DNA of 9,070 nucleotides from a virus (lineage: Duplodnaviria > Heunggongvirae > Uroviricota > Caudoviricetes): IMG/VR virus record IMGVR_UViG_2606217111_000011. One strand, written 5' to 3'. The position numbers and the translations under genes were made by a program. Under the pieces are notes generated by a model that saw only the letters and a program-made list of their open reading frames with translations, did not search any database and was not told the origin of the DNA. Shown piece after piece: positions 1 through 6,342 of this stretch (positions within the stretch are counted from its first letter, which is position 1; every line of letters starts with the position of its first letter).

Positions 1-15
1 AGGTCAATAACAAGA

Positions 16-887
16 TCACCAACCGGCTGGGACATATCTCACACCTCCCGGAATCCCCGCTGAAGCCATCATTAATGCGGCATCATCCACCATGACATCC
101 GCCACATCCGCAGACGATAAAATATCGCCCCCTCCGTCCCCACCGAACCGGACGCCTCCGGCAAGTCCTGCCGCTTTCTGCATCAGCATTTTGTCCTCAT
201 CCGGCCTCTCCACCTGCTCTTCCTCATGCCGGGGGACAAGCAGACTGAAATCAGAGGGATGCATATCCGGATCGCAAAAAAACAGGCTGAGTACAGCGTA
301 CGTCAGCCCGGAAAAATGCATATCCAGCTGGGTATCCTGAAAATAATGCGTGCGGTAAAAACGGTGCCAGTCGGCATATTCGGTGGATGTCATCCCGGCA
401 AGCATGGTGCGCCAGTCGGGTCTCCCCATCTCACGCGCCAGTCTGAGGGCAAAGTTCAGCTCACCGTCGAAGACTTTCCCGCAGAAAAATCATCATCAGT
501 CAGCGTGTTATTTTTCGCCACTTCAGTAATATCAGTATCCGGACGAACAGCTTCGATCATCCCGGACAGACGCAACACCACGTCTTCCGCCCGGGCAATG
601 GCATCAGCAGGCCAGGTGGTGAGCACTTCCTGCTCTATCTTCATCACGGCCTCATTCATTGACGGTGACTGCGTTTTCTGTGGATGGTTATGCCACAGGG
701 ACATCGCCACCAGAAACGCGCCGGTTCTGACAAGATCTTCCACACTCACCTGCAGGTTGCCGCTGGCTTCAGCCTCTTCTGCCCGCCGTTTCAGGAGGGC
801 AAGATGCTCAATACGCTGCAGCGCAGACAGCTCAGAAAGCGTGACAGACACACCGTTATATTCAAATTGTTCTGTTTTCAGGAACAT
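16..887 (-). CDS. T: Tail assembly chaperone G-T fusion, made by -1 frameshift at 474-480 (T segment 16-477)
   Basis: The T frame has no ribosome-binding site or start of its own upstream of the frameshift site and is contiguous with G in the -1 frame. The T-segment translation (DWRTMLAGMTSTEYADWHRFY, LDMHFSGLTY, DPDMHP, LMQKAAGLAGGVRFG) matches recalled lambda gpT. Confidence 0.82.
456..887 (-). CDS. G: Tail assembly chaperone G
   Basis: 143 aa. Recalled lambda gpG blocks: MFLKTE-FE-NGV-VTLSELSALQRIEHLA, GAFLVAMSLWHNHPQKTQ-PSMNEAV, EQEVLTTWP. It ends just after the slippery heptamer. Confidence 0.9.
   Translation of the reverse strand: MFLKTEQFEYNGVSVTLSELSALQRIEHLALLKRRAEEAEASGNLQVSVEDLVRTGAFLVAMSLWHNHPQKTQSPSMNEAVMKIEQEVLTTWPADAIARAEDVVLRLSGMIEAVRPDTDITEVAKNNTLTDDDFSAGKSSTVS
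474..480 (-). promoter_or_regulatory. -1 programmed ribosomal frameshift slippery heptamer G GGA AAG (G to G-T)
   Basis: The minus-strand sequence GCG GGA AAG TCT lies 5 codons before the G stop. The -1 frame is open from this site (VFDGELNFALRLAREMGRPDWRTM...) down to the TGA at 16-18. This is the canonical lambda G/GT arrangement. Confidence 0.85.
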
Positions 888-905
888 CGCTTATCTCTCA
901 GCTCT

Positions 906-1655
906 TTAGCCACCCGGCACATTATTAACGGTAATTTCAGCCACCGCAGCAAACTGACCATTACCGGAAATCACAGGGATCTGCACCTTACCTGTCGCCA
1001 CGCCGTTCACAGTAATTGTCATATCTTTCACACTAATGGTGGCTTTCGACGGATCGGCGGAAACCGCTCTGAACGTCTTGTCGGTTGCACTTTCCGGTTC
1101 AAAAGAAACCGTCAGGGTGGTTGTTTTCCCTTTTGCCACCGTACCGGATGTCGGCGTCACCTTAATCGCACTGACCGGCGTAATTTTGCTGCGTTCTTCC
1201 GCTACAGAAGGTTTACCCACGTTAGTGACTTTCACCGTGCGGGTGATCACTTCTTTCGCCGTCACGGCCTTACCGATACTGCTGACCCAGCCACGAAACA
1301 CATCCACCGTGCCATTCGGAAAACGGATTTTATAGGCCCGGACATCGCCGCTTTCAAACCAGCCTATAAGCCCTTTCTGGCCTTCCTCTCCCGGTTTCCA
1401 GGCCAGCGTAAAACTGGTATCACCTGCAGATTTCTGCCCCTGCCCGGTCGCGGTCCAGTCTGCGTCTTCATCATCCAGGTAGTTATCATCGTAGGATTCT
1501 GCCGTCATCTCGCCCGGCGTCAGATCCTTCACCTTAGCCAGTCGCTGCCAGTCATCGTCTGACAACGGGTTTGCATAAGCATCACCCTTGCCGTTGTAAA
1601 CCCACAGAGTGGTACCGGCACCTTTTACCGGCTCAAGAGGATTTGGTGTTGCCAT
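906..1655 (-). CDS. V: Major tail tube protein V with C-terminal Ig-like domain
   Basis: 249 aa. Recalled lambda gpV blocks: [112 protein letters not shown] ribosome-binding site before the ATG at 1653-1655. Confidence 0.93.
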   Translation of the reverse strand: MATPNPLEPVKGAGTTLWVYNGKGDAYANPLSDDDWQRLAKVKDLTPGEMTAESYDDNYLDDEDADWTATGQGQKSAGDTSFTLAWKPGEEGQKGLIGWFESGDVRAYKIRFPNGTVDVFRGWVSSIGKAVTAKEVITRTVKVTNVGKPSVAEERSKITPVSAIKVTPTSGTVAKGKTTTLTVSFEPESATDKTFRAVSADPSKATISVKDMTITVNGVATGKVQIPVISGNGQFAAVAEITVNNVPGG

Positions 1656-1662
1656 ATCGTCC

Positions 1663-2058
1663 TCACATCTCGTATGTAATGGAATAAGTCAGATCTGCAG
1701 AGCTCCATAACGCCATATCGTCATCACGACGATACTCATAGCCCTGCGTAACCATCGTGGTAATCAGTCCAGCCAGTGCCGGGATCGCAGTCATCGCCGG
1801 ATAAATCCGGCTTTCCATCCACTGATCAAGCTCTGAATCCGGTACCTGTGCCGGTAAAAACACCTCAATATGCAGCGTGGCCCGCCAGGTATCTGCATCC
1901 AGCTCTTCACCGGTATACTCTGCATCCGTCAGATAAACCGCGATCGCAGGAAAATCCTCTTCGTCAAAAACAACGGGGCGACCATCAAACAGCGTCGCCC
2001 CGTGTTCATGCTGCTCGAGTGCATCCAGCACTGCAGCACGGATATCAGTGTGTTTCAT
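1663..2058 (-). CDS. U: Tail terminator protein U
   Basis: 131 aa, the same length as lambda gpU, with near-collinear recalled similarity ([71 protein letters not shown]). Confidence 0.92.
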   Translation of the reverse strand: MKHTDIRAAVLDALEQHEHGATLFDGRPVVFDEEDFPAIAVYLTDAEYTGEELDADTWRATLHIEVFLPAQVPDSELDQWMESRIYPAMTAIPALAGLITTMVTQGYEYRRDDDMALWSSADLTYSITYEM

Positions 2059-2588
2059 CGTTTTATCGCAATCCTCAGTTGTTGTTTCAGCGCGGATGCC
2101 AGTTCTCCGGGCAGGCGTTCACGCCGGATACGGTCAACATTCTCATCAAACGCCTGTTTCAGTGGGGCCGCCATCGGGATTTTCACCACATCAATAGGGT
2201 AACGGTTTTTCCCGGCCACACGCTGCATAACATGCCAGCGCCCATTATTTAATCGCTGGATAAATGCCCGCTGATACCGATGCTGACCGGCTTTAAGTAT
2301 GCTGTTCGGACGACGGCCCAGCATCCTGATCCCCAGCTTAATCACTGGAAGATCACCGCGGTTAACGATAATTCTGGCATTCGGATTTCTGACCGTGGCC
2401 CGTTTCAGTCTGGACCGTTCCTTAACCAGTTTCCGGCGTACCTTTGTCTCCCGGGCAACCTGTGATGAAGACTGATTAATCGCCGTTGTGGCCACGCGGT
2501 TAATCGTCATTGCTGAAGCCGCCGGAATGGCGTTTTTACGAACCCGGCTCAGATTATCAATCGCCTGATCAAGCCCTTTTATCGCCAT
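2055..2588 (-). CDS. Z: Tail assembly/completion protein Z
   Basis: 177 aa. N- and C-terminal blocks recalled from lambda gpZ: MAIKGL, QVARETKVRRKLVKER-RLKRATV, NRGDLPVIKLG, NGRWHVMQRVAGKNRYPIDVVKIPMA, RIRRERLP. GGGGGA ribosome-binding site before the ATG at 2586-2588. Its TGA overlaps the U start in an ATGA arrangement. Confidence 0.9.
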   Translation of the reverse strand: MAIKGLDQAIDNLSRVRKNAIPAASAMTINRVATTAINQSSSQVARETKVRRKLVKERSRLKRATVRNPNARIIVNRGDLPVIKLGIRMLGRRPNSILKAGQHRYQRAFIQRLNNGRWHVMQRVAGKNRYPIDVVKIPMAAPLKQAFDENVDRIRRERLPGELASALKQQLRIAIKR

Positions 2589-2603
2589 AATTTCCCCCTG
2601 CGT

Positions 2604-2957
2604 TTATCGTCGCCGGTTAACAGCGGGTGGTTGCCCACGGTTGAGCCAGAGATAACAGCTTCCCCCGTCATCCGGAGAAACACGATCCACCCAGAACATC
2701 TCGCCGTTAATGGTCAGCGTGTCACCACGCCGCACGGCACGCACCGTATCCGTCCGCACAAATAATGACGGGCTGCTTCCTTCAATACGGACCCCGCCAC
2801 CGGCAAAACCCAGCGACTCCGGATCGTCAAAAACCCCCTGAACTTCGCCGCCACGTTGTGCTCCGGAGGTGAACTGCGCACGGATCCCCATCACTTCAAC
2901 AATCGTACTGTCCACCCCGGCAAGGGCGGCATCAAAGGCATTCTGAAAATCACGCAT
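2604..2957 (-). CDS. FII: Head-tail joining protein FII
   Basis: Motifs recalled from lambda gpFII: FDAA, GVFDDPE, GVRIEGSSPSLFVRTD, RRGDTLTI, FWVDRVSPDDGGSCYLWL, PPAVNRRR. I place the start at the ATG at 2955-2957 (MRDFQNAFDAA..., 117 aa, as in lambda) rather than the upstream ATG at 2993, which has no ribosome-binding site. Confidence 0.85.
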   Translation of the reverse strand: MRDFQNAFDAALAGVDSTIVEVMGIRAQFTSGAQRGGEVQGVFDDPESLGFAGGGVRIEGSSPSLFVRTDTVRAVRRGDTLTINGEMFWVDRVSPDDGGSCYLWLNRGQPPAVNRRR

Positions 2958-3160
2958 AAACAGCCATTCCACCATCAACGTGTGTTTTTGCATCTGAGGA
3001 CATAATCAGAATCACCCGACCAACATCCGCAAGCTCAACGGATTCCCCCGTTTCACCATCAACGCCACAGAGATGGAGGCAGGTCAGAACTCTGATGCGT
3101 TAACGCGCCGGATGTTTCCTCACCATTGAGCCGCGGTTTCCCGCTCCCGGATATCCATAT

Positions 3161-3316
3161 TCATAACCTGTACATCATCGCCGAGGCGCAAACCTCCTCT
3201 TCCCATTCTGCCACCCGCTGCGCTATCTCTGCGGCACTCCCGGATATATCCGGCTCACGCCCCAGAATCAGGGCCAGTTCATCAAGCCGTTTCAGATTTT
3301 GCTCTTTCGTTGCCAT
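3161..3316 (-). CDS. FI: FI-like DNA-packaging protein, N-terminal domain only (51 codons); possibly a truncated gene or pseudogene
   Basis: Not in the ORF track because it is under 60 aa. ATG at 3314-3316 is preceded by AGGGGG with a 5-nt spacer. My translation is MATKEQNLKRLDELALILGREPDISGSAAEIAQRVAEWEEEVCASAMMYRL, ending at the TGA at 3161-3163. It resembles the lambda gpFI N-terminus as I recall it (MTKDELIARLRSLGEQLN...EELALRVAELKEE). It lies at the FI position between E and FII. Confidence 0.5.
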   Translation of the reverse strand: MATKEQNLKRLDELALILGREPDISGSAAEIAQRVAEWEEEVCASAMMYRL

Positions 3317-3330
3317 ATCAGCCCCCTGTG

Positions 3331-3358
3331 AAAAAAACACGGGGGCATTTCGCCCCCG
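3331..3358 (-). terminator. Candidate rho-independent terminator immediately downstream of E
   Basis: On the minus-strand RNA: CGGGGGC GAAAU GCCCCCG, a 7-bp all-G/C stem (3340-3346 paired with 3352-3358) with a 5-nt loop, followed by UG and seven U (plus-strand A-run 3331-3337). It begins 8 nt after the E stop. Confidence 0.55.
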
Positions 3359-3366
3359 CTCACGGA

Positions 3367-4395
3367 TTATTTCACCTGTACCACCACAAACTCATCCGGA
3401 TCCGGCAGCACCATCAGCGGCGCGGACTGCGTCATGGTGAATTCACAGGACGGATCGCCCACGGTCAGCCAGTGTTTCGGGTAACGGGAAGAAGCCACCA
3501 CTCCTTCAGATAACGCCTGTGCATCCTTAATGGCTCCATAGCAACGAATCCCCTCTGCTGCCGTATTCCCCAGCACCAGCGTGCCCTCCGGCAGATAACG
3601 TTTTTCGGTACCGTCCTCTGCCACATAAGACGTTTTCGCTACCACAATGGCCAGATCGCCGTAATACCCCTTGAAGGATACCACTGCGCCCAGATCTTTC
3701 ACTGCCGTTTCGAGTTGTGAATTTGAACCGCGACGGGTATCCAGTTTTTCGCGGAAAAGCTTAAAGCCATTCAGCAGACGCCAGACGGTACCGTCCATAA
3801 TGGCAATATTCACAAGACCACTGGCCTGATCACAGAAAAGGTCGATATCATATGTCGGGTCGAACGTGTCACGATCCTGTTTTGACCACTCCTTACCGCT
3901 ACCTTGTATGATGTTATTCTTCGTCGATCGGCCAAAATCGACTTCAATTTTCTCGAACTGGTCTCCTTCCATCGTATATTTGCCATACAGCACGGCATTC
4001 ACCGCCTGCATTTCTTCCACCTGGACAATAGCGTGCTCTTCCTGTTTGAGGTTATCGGTAATGATACGCAGACGACGGTAGGCCGGGTCGTTCAGCTGAG
4101 CCGGATCTTCACCAGGAAGGCGCTCAACCGCCTGCTGGTAATTAAATTCGTGTTTGGGCTTGACGTAGCCCGGACGTAACACGCGGGTTTCACCACCGCG
4201 ATGGCGAAGCACTTTTCCTTCAACGATCGGGGAGACATAGGCCGCCACCGGCGTTTTTCCGGTAATTTTGTCCAGCATCACCTCTTCGGTGTGGAAATTC
4301 ACCGTACGGCGGAAAAACAGCTCCAGAAACAGCGCACGGAATTTCACTTTTTGTTCGGTATAACCGAGTAACTGGCGGGTCGTAAACAATCCCAT
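3367..4395 (-). CDS. E: Major capsid protein (lambda gpE family)
   Basis: 342 aa; lambda gpE is 341 aa. Recalled conserved blocks: YVSPIV, PGYVKPKHE, DPAYRRLRII, VEEMQAV, GKYTM, LDTRRGSNS, LETAVKDLG, FTM-QSAPLM. ATG at 4393-4395 with AGGA upstream. Confidence 0.95.
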   Translation of the reverse strand: MGLFTTRQLLGYTEQKVKFRALFLELFFRRTVNFHTEEVMLDKITGKTPVAAYVSPIVEGKVLRHRGGETRVLRPGYVKPKHEFNYQQAVERLPGEDPAQLNDPAYRRLRIITDNLKQEEHAIVQVEEMQAVNAVLYGKYTMEGDQFEKIEVDFGRSTKNNIIQGSGKEWSKQDRDTFDPTYDIDLFCDQASGLVNIAIMDGTVWRLLNGFKLFREKLDTRRGSNSQLETAVKDLGAVVSFKGYYGDLAIVVAKTSYVAEDGTEKRYLPEGTLVLGNTAAEGIRCYGAIKDAQALSEGVVASSRYPKHWLTVGDPSCEFTMTQSAPLMVLPDPDEFVVVQVK

Positions 4396-4423
4396 AAATC
4401 AGTTCCTTTCATTAAGAAATCAG

Positions 4424-4445
4424 TCAGGCCAACGCGGTGGCCTGA
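4424..4445 (+). other. Dyad symmetry in the D-E intergenic region
   Basis: tcaggcc (4424-4430) pairs with ggcctga (4439-4445), giving a 7-bp stem and an 8-nt loop. It sits between the D stop (4453-4455) and the E ribosome-binding site and start (4393-4395). Confidence 0.5.
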
Positions 4446-4452
4446 TAACGTG

Positions 4453-4800
4453 TTACGGCAGCGCCGCGTGACTCAGGGCACTGCCGGTAAAGGCGTTGGC
4501 CTTTTTGTGTTCATCCACACTTTCAGGCCAGCGGATTGCCTCCGTCGCAAAGGTCCCCGACTTGTAATACGTCAGCACCGCCTCTGTGCCTTCAAGCGGC
4601 AGTACCAGTATGCCAACCGCACTACCGGCTTTCTGTCCGTCCCAGACCACCAGTTTCCCGGTGGCCCCATCCAGCATCAGGGGTGTCAGTGCTGGTGTTG
4701 CCGAGGAAATCCCGCTGCTGCCTGTGGCGGTGTGAGCCGGATCATTACCGGCAAAAATACGTACTTCCGCACGCTGTTCAGTGATGGTTTTCGTCACCAT
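4453..4800 (-). CDS. D: Head decoration protein
   Basis: 115 aa. Motifs recalled from lambda gpD: NDPAHTAT, TPLMLD, KLVVWDG, AVGILV, YKSGTF. ATG at 4798-4800. Confidence 0.9.
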   Translation of the reverse strand: MVTKTITEQRAEVRIFAGNDPAHTATGSSGISSATPALTPLMLDGATGKLVVWDGQKAGSAVGILVLPLEGTEAVLTYYKSGTFATEAIRWPESVDEHKKANAFTGSALSHAALP

Positions 4801-4836
4801 ATTGTTAAAACCTCGTATTGATGTTCAGCACTGACT

Positions 4837-5439
4837 TCATGGCATGGCCATGAGCATTTTCACGTCCGCATCACCGTCTTCTGACGCCTGTGACACGCCC
4901 CCCTGGACCGCAGCCGGTGAATGGTTCGCCATGAAATGTTCAAACAGGGCGGTTGTGGATGCAGAGACCGGTTCTGCCTTACCTGAGCCCGCAGCCAGCA
5001 CAGCCCGGGCGCTCTCCACGGTCATTCCCGGGCAGGCAGCCAGCTGTTCAGCCTGCGCCTCAGCCCCTTTTGCCTCATCCAGTGCCATGATCTGATCACG
5101 GAGTGATGGTCCGGCATTCGCCTGCGGTGAAGCAGCCAGGATCGGGCGGGCTTTTTCCACCGTCATCTCCGGCATCGCCGCCAGCGTTACTGCCAGTTGT
5201 TCACGACCGTTCGCTTCTTCACACGCCATAATGCGATCGGCTTCACTCTGCGCGGATGCCACCGGCTGCTGCGGTGCCGCCGCGGCCAGAATAGCCCGGG
5301 CCTGTTCAACGCTCATGCCCTGTTGCCCTGCCAGCATCGTGGCAAGCTGTTCACGTCCTTTCGCTTCCTGGCATGTCAGGATCCCCATCACTCGCTGGTT
5401 CTCCTGCACGGCGGCTTCCGTTGCAGTTAATTGCGGCAT
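4837..5439 (-). CDS. Nu3: Nested in-frame scaffolding protein (Nu3-like), sharing the C-terminal 200 codons of C
   Basis: An internal ATG at 5437-5439 (MPQLTATEA...) is preceded by a perfect GAGGAGG (complement of 5444-5450) with a 4-nt spacer. Its position corresponds to the recalled lambda Nu3 start (MTKETQ...) inside C. Confidence 0.7.
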   Translation of the reverse strand: MPQLTATEAAVQENQRVMGILTCQEAKGREQLATMLAGQQGMSVEQARAILAAAAPQQPVASAQSEADRIMACEEANGREQLAVTLAAMPEMTVEKARPILAASPQANAGPSLRDQIMALDEAKGAEAQAEQLAACPGMTVESARAVLAAGSGKAEPVSASTTALFEHFMANHSPAAVQGGVSQASEDGDADVKMLMAMP

Positions 5440-6342
5440 AGTGCCTCCTCTGACATTACTGTTCAGCGCCGTGGCCATCACACTGATGGCATCCGACGCA
5501 TTGATTAATTCATCCGCCAGCCCGGCCTCAATGCCGGACTGACCTTCAAAAACGGCGGCCTCTGTTCCCGTGACCGCATCCACAGACAACCCGGTATACA
5601 TCGCCACTTTTTCGGCAAACATCCGGTGCGCCGCATCAATCCGCTGCTGCATATCCTGGCGAACCTCTGCCGGCAACGCTTCAAACTGATTGCCATCCAC
5701 CTTGTGCGCCCCGGCATAAATCAGCGTGATATCCACACCGGCCTGCGCCAGATGACCGGCATAGCTGACATGGCTCATCATCACGCCAATGGAGCCGATA
5801 CGGGATGTCTGGGTAACCAGCCGTCGGGAGCAGGCCGACGCCAGCAGCATGGCTGCAGAACAGGCAGTGTCATTGCACAGTGCCCAGACCGGCTTCTGCT
5901 GACGGAGGCGGTAAATCATGTCAGCGCAGTCAAACGCGCCGGCGGCCTGCCCGCCCGGACTGTCAATGTCCAGCAGTATGCCCCGCACCTGGCTATCTGC
6001 CATTGCCTGCTGAAGACAGGCGACAATGCCGTCATAGCCAGTCATTCCGGAAAATGGCCGCATCCCCCCCAGCCGGTGCACCAGCGTGCCGCTCACCGGC
6101 AGTACCGCAATACCGTTCACCACCCGGTAAACACGGGCCGGTCGTTTACCTCCGGCCATGTACTCGTCCGTTTCAGCCAGCATTCCGGGAGCATCAAGCT
6201 GTACCTGCTGTTGTGGTACCGAAAGACTTGCTGCCCCCATCTCGCGCCCGAGCGCGCAAAAGAAAACCCGCGCATAGGCGGGCTCCAGAAGCAGCGGTTC
6301 ATTGAATGCTGCGGCAATAATGTGTGAAAGATTACGTCTCAC
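4837..6342 (-). CDS. C: Prohead maturation protease (S49/ClpP-like) with C-terminal scaffold domain
   Basis: 501-codon ORF. The N-terminal and central regions (NLSHIIAAAFNEPLLLEPAYARVFFCAL; GIAVLPVSGTL; PVWALCNDTACSAAMLLASACSRRLVTQTSRIGSIGVMM) match recalled lambda gpC. The start is a GTG at 6340-6342, 11 nt upstream of the portal stop, with AGGAG about 10 nt upstream; the exact start is uncertain. Confidence 0.88.
   Translation of the reverse strand: MRRNLSHIIAAAFNEPLLLEPAYARVFFCALGREMGAASLSVPQQQVQLDAPGMLAETDEYMAGGKRPARVYRVVNGIAVLPVSGTLVHRLGGMRPFSGMTGYDGIVACLQQAMADSQVRGILLDIDSPGGQAAGAFDCADMIYRLRQQKPVWALCNDTACSAAMLLASACSRRLVTQTSRIGSIGVMMSHVSYAGHLAQAGVDITLIYAGAHKVDGNQFEALPAEVRQDMQQRIDAAHRMFAEKVAMYTGLSVDAVTGTEAAVFEGQSGIEAGLADELINASDAISVMATALNSNVRGGTMPQLTATEAAVQENQRVMGILTCQEAKGREQLATMLAGQQGMSVEQARAILAAAAPQQPVASAQSEADRIMACEEANGREQLAVTLAAMPEMTVEKARPILAASPQANAGPSLRDQIMALDEAKGAEAQAEQLAACPGMTVESARAVLAAGSGKAEPVSASTTALFEHFMANHSPAAVQGGVSQASEDGDADVKMLMAMP
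4981..5388 (-). repeat. Three diverged tandem repeats of about 150 nt (47-50 aa) inside the C/Nu3 scaffold-coding region
   Basis: Protein-level units: CQEAKGREQLATMLAGQQGMSVEQARAILAA / CEEANGREQLAVTLAAMPEMTVEKARPILAA / LDEAKGAEAQAEQLAACPGMTVESARAVLAA. The DNA periodicity is visible on the plus strand, for example cagttgttcacgaccgttcgcttc near 5193 against caagctgttcacgtcctttcgcttc near 5343, and cagctgttcagcctgcgcctcagc near 5041. Confidence 0.8.

Noticed and set aside
1-15. Possible start of the tape-measure gene H downstream of the T stop
   Set aside because: Only 15 nt remain before the window edge, and no start codon or ribosome-binding site can be established.
276-282. Homopolymer runs of seven (A at 276-282, A at 3331-3337, T at 8600-8606) as possible slippage or phase-variation sites
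   Set aside because: Two lie inside conserved coding sequence that reads through in frame, and the third is the terminator U-tract. I see no sign of frameshifted duplicate frames around them.
684-1562. 292-aa plus-strand ORF, and similar plus-strand ORFs at 226-909, 1776-2252, 5626-6327, 5880-6305, 6938-7444 and 7499-8095
   Set aside because: All lie antisense to strongly supported minus-strand structural genes, are rich in Arg, His and Cys, and lack convincing ribosome-binding sites. They look like antisense shadow ORFs.
2604-2993. Upstream ATG at 2993 as the FII start (129 aa)
   Set aside because: There is no ribosome-binding site; the sequence upstream is TCCTCAG. The ATG at 2957 gives the expected 117-aa product.
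3126-3440. Plus-strand ORFs 3126-3440 and 3310-3513 across the E-FI junction
   Set aside because: They are antisense to the FI-like ORF, the terminator hairpin and the 3' end of E, and have no ribosome-binding site or recognisable protein features.
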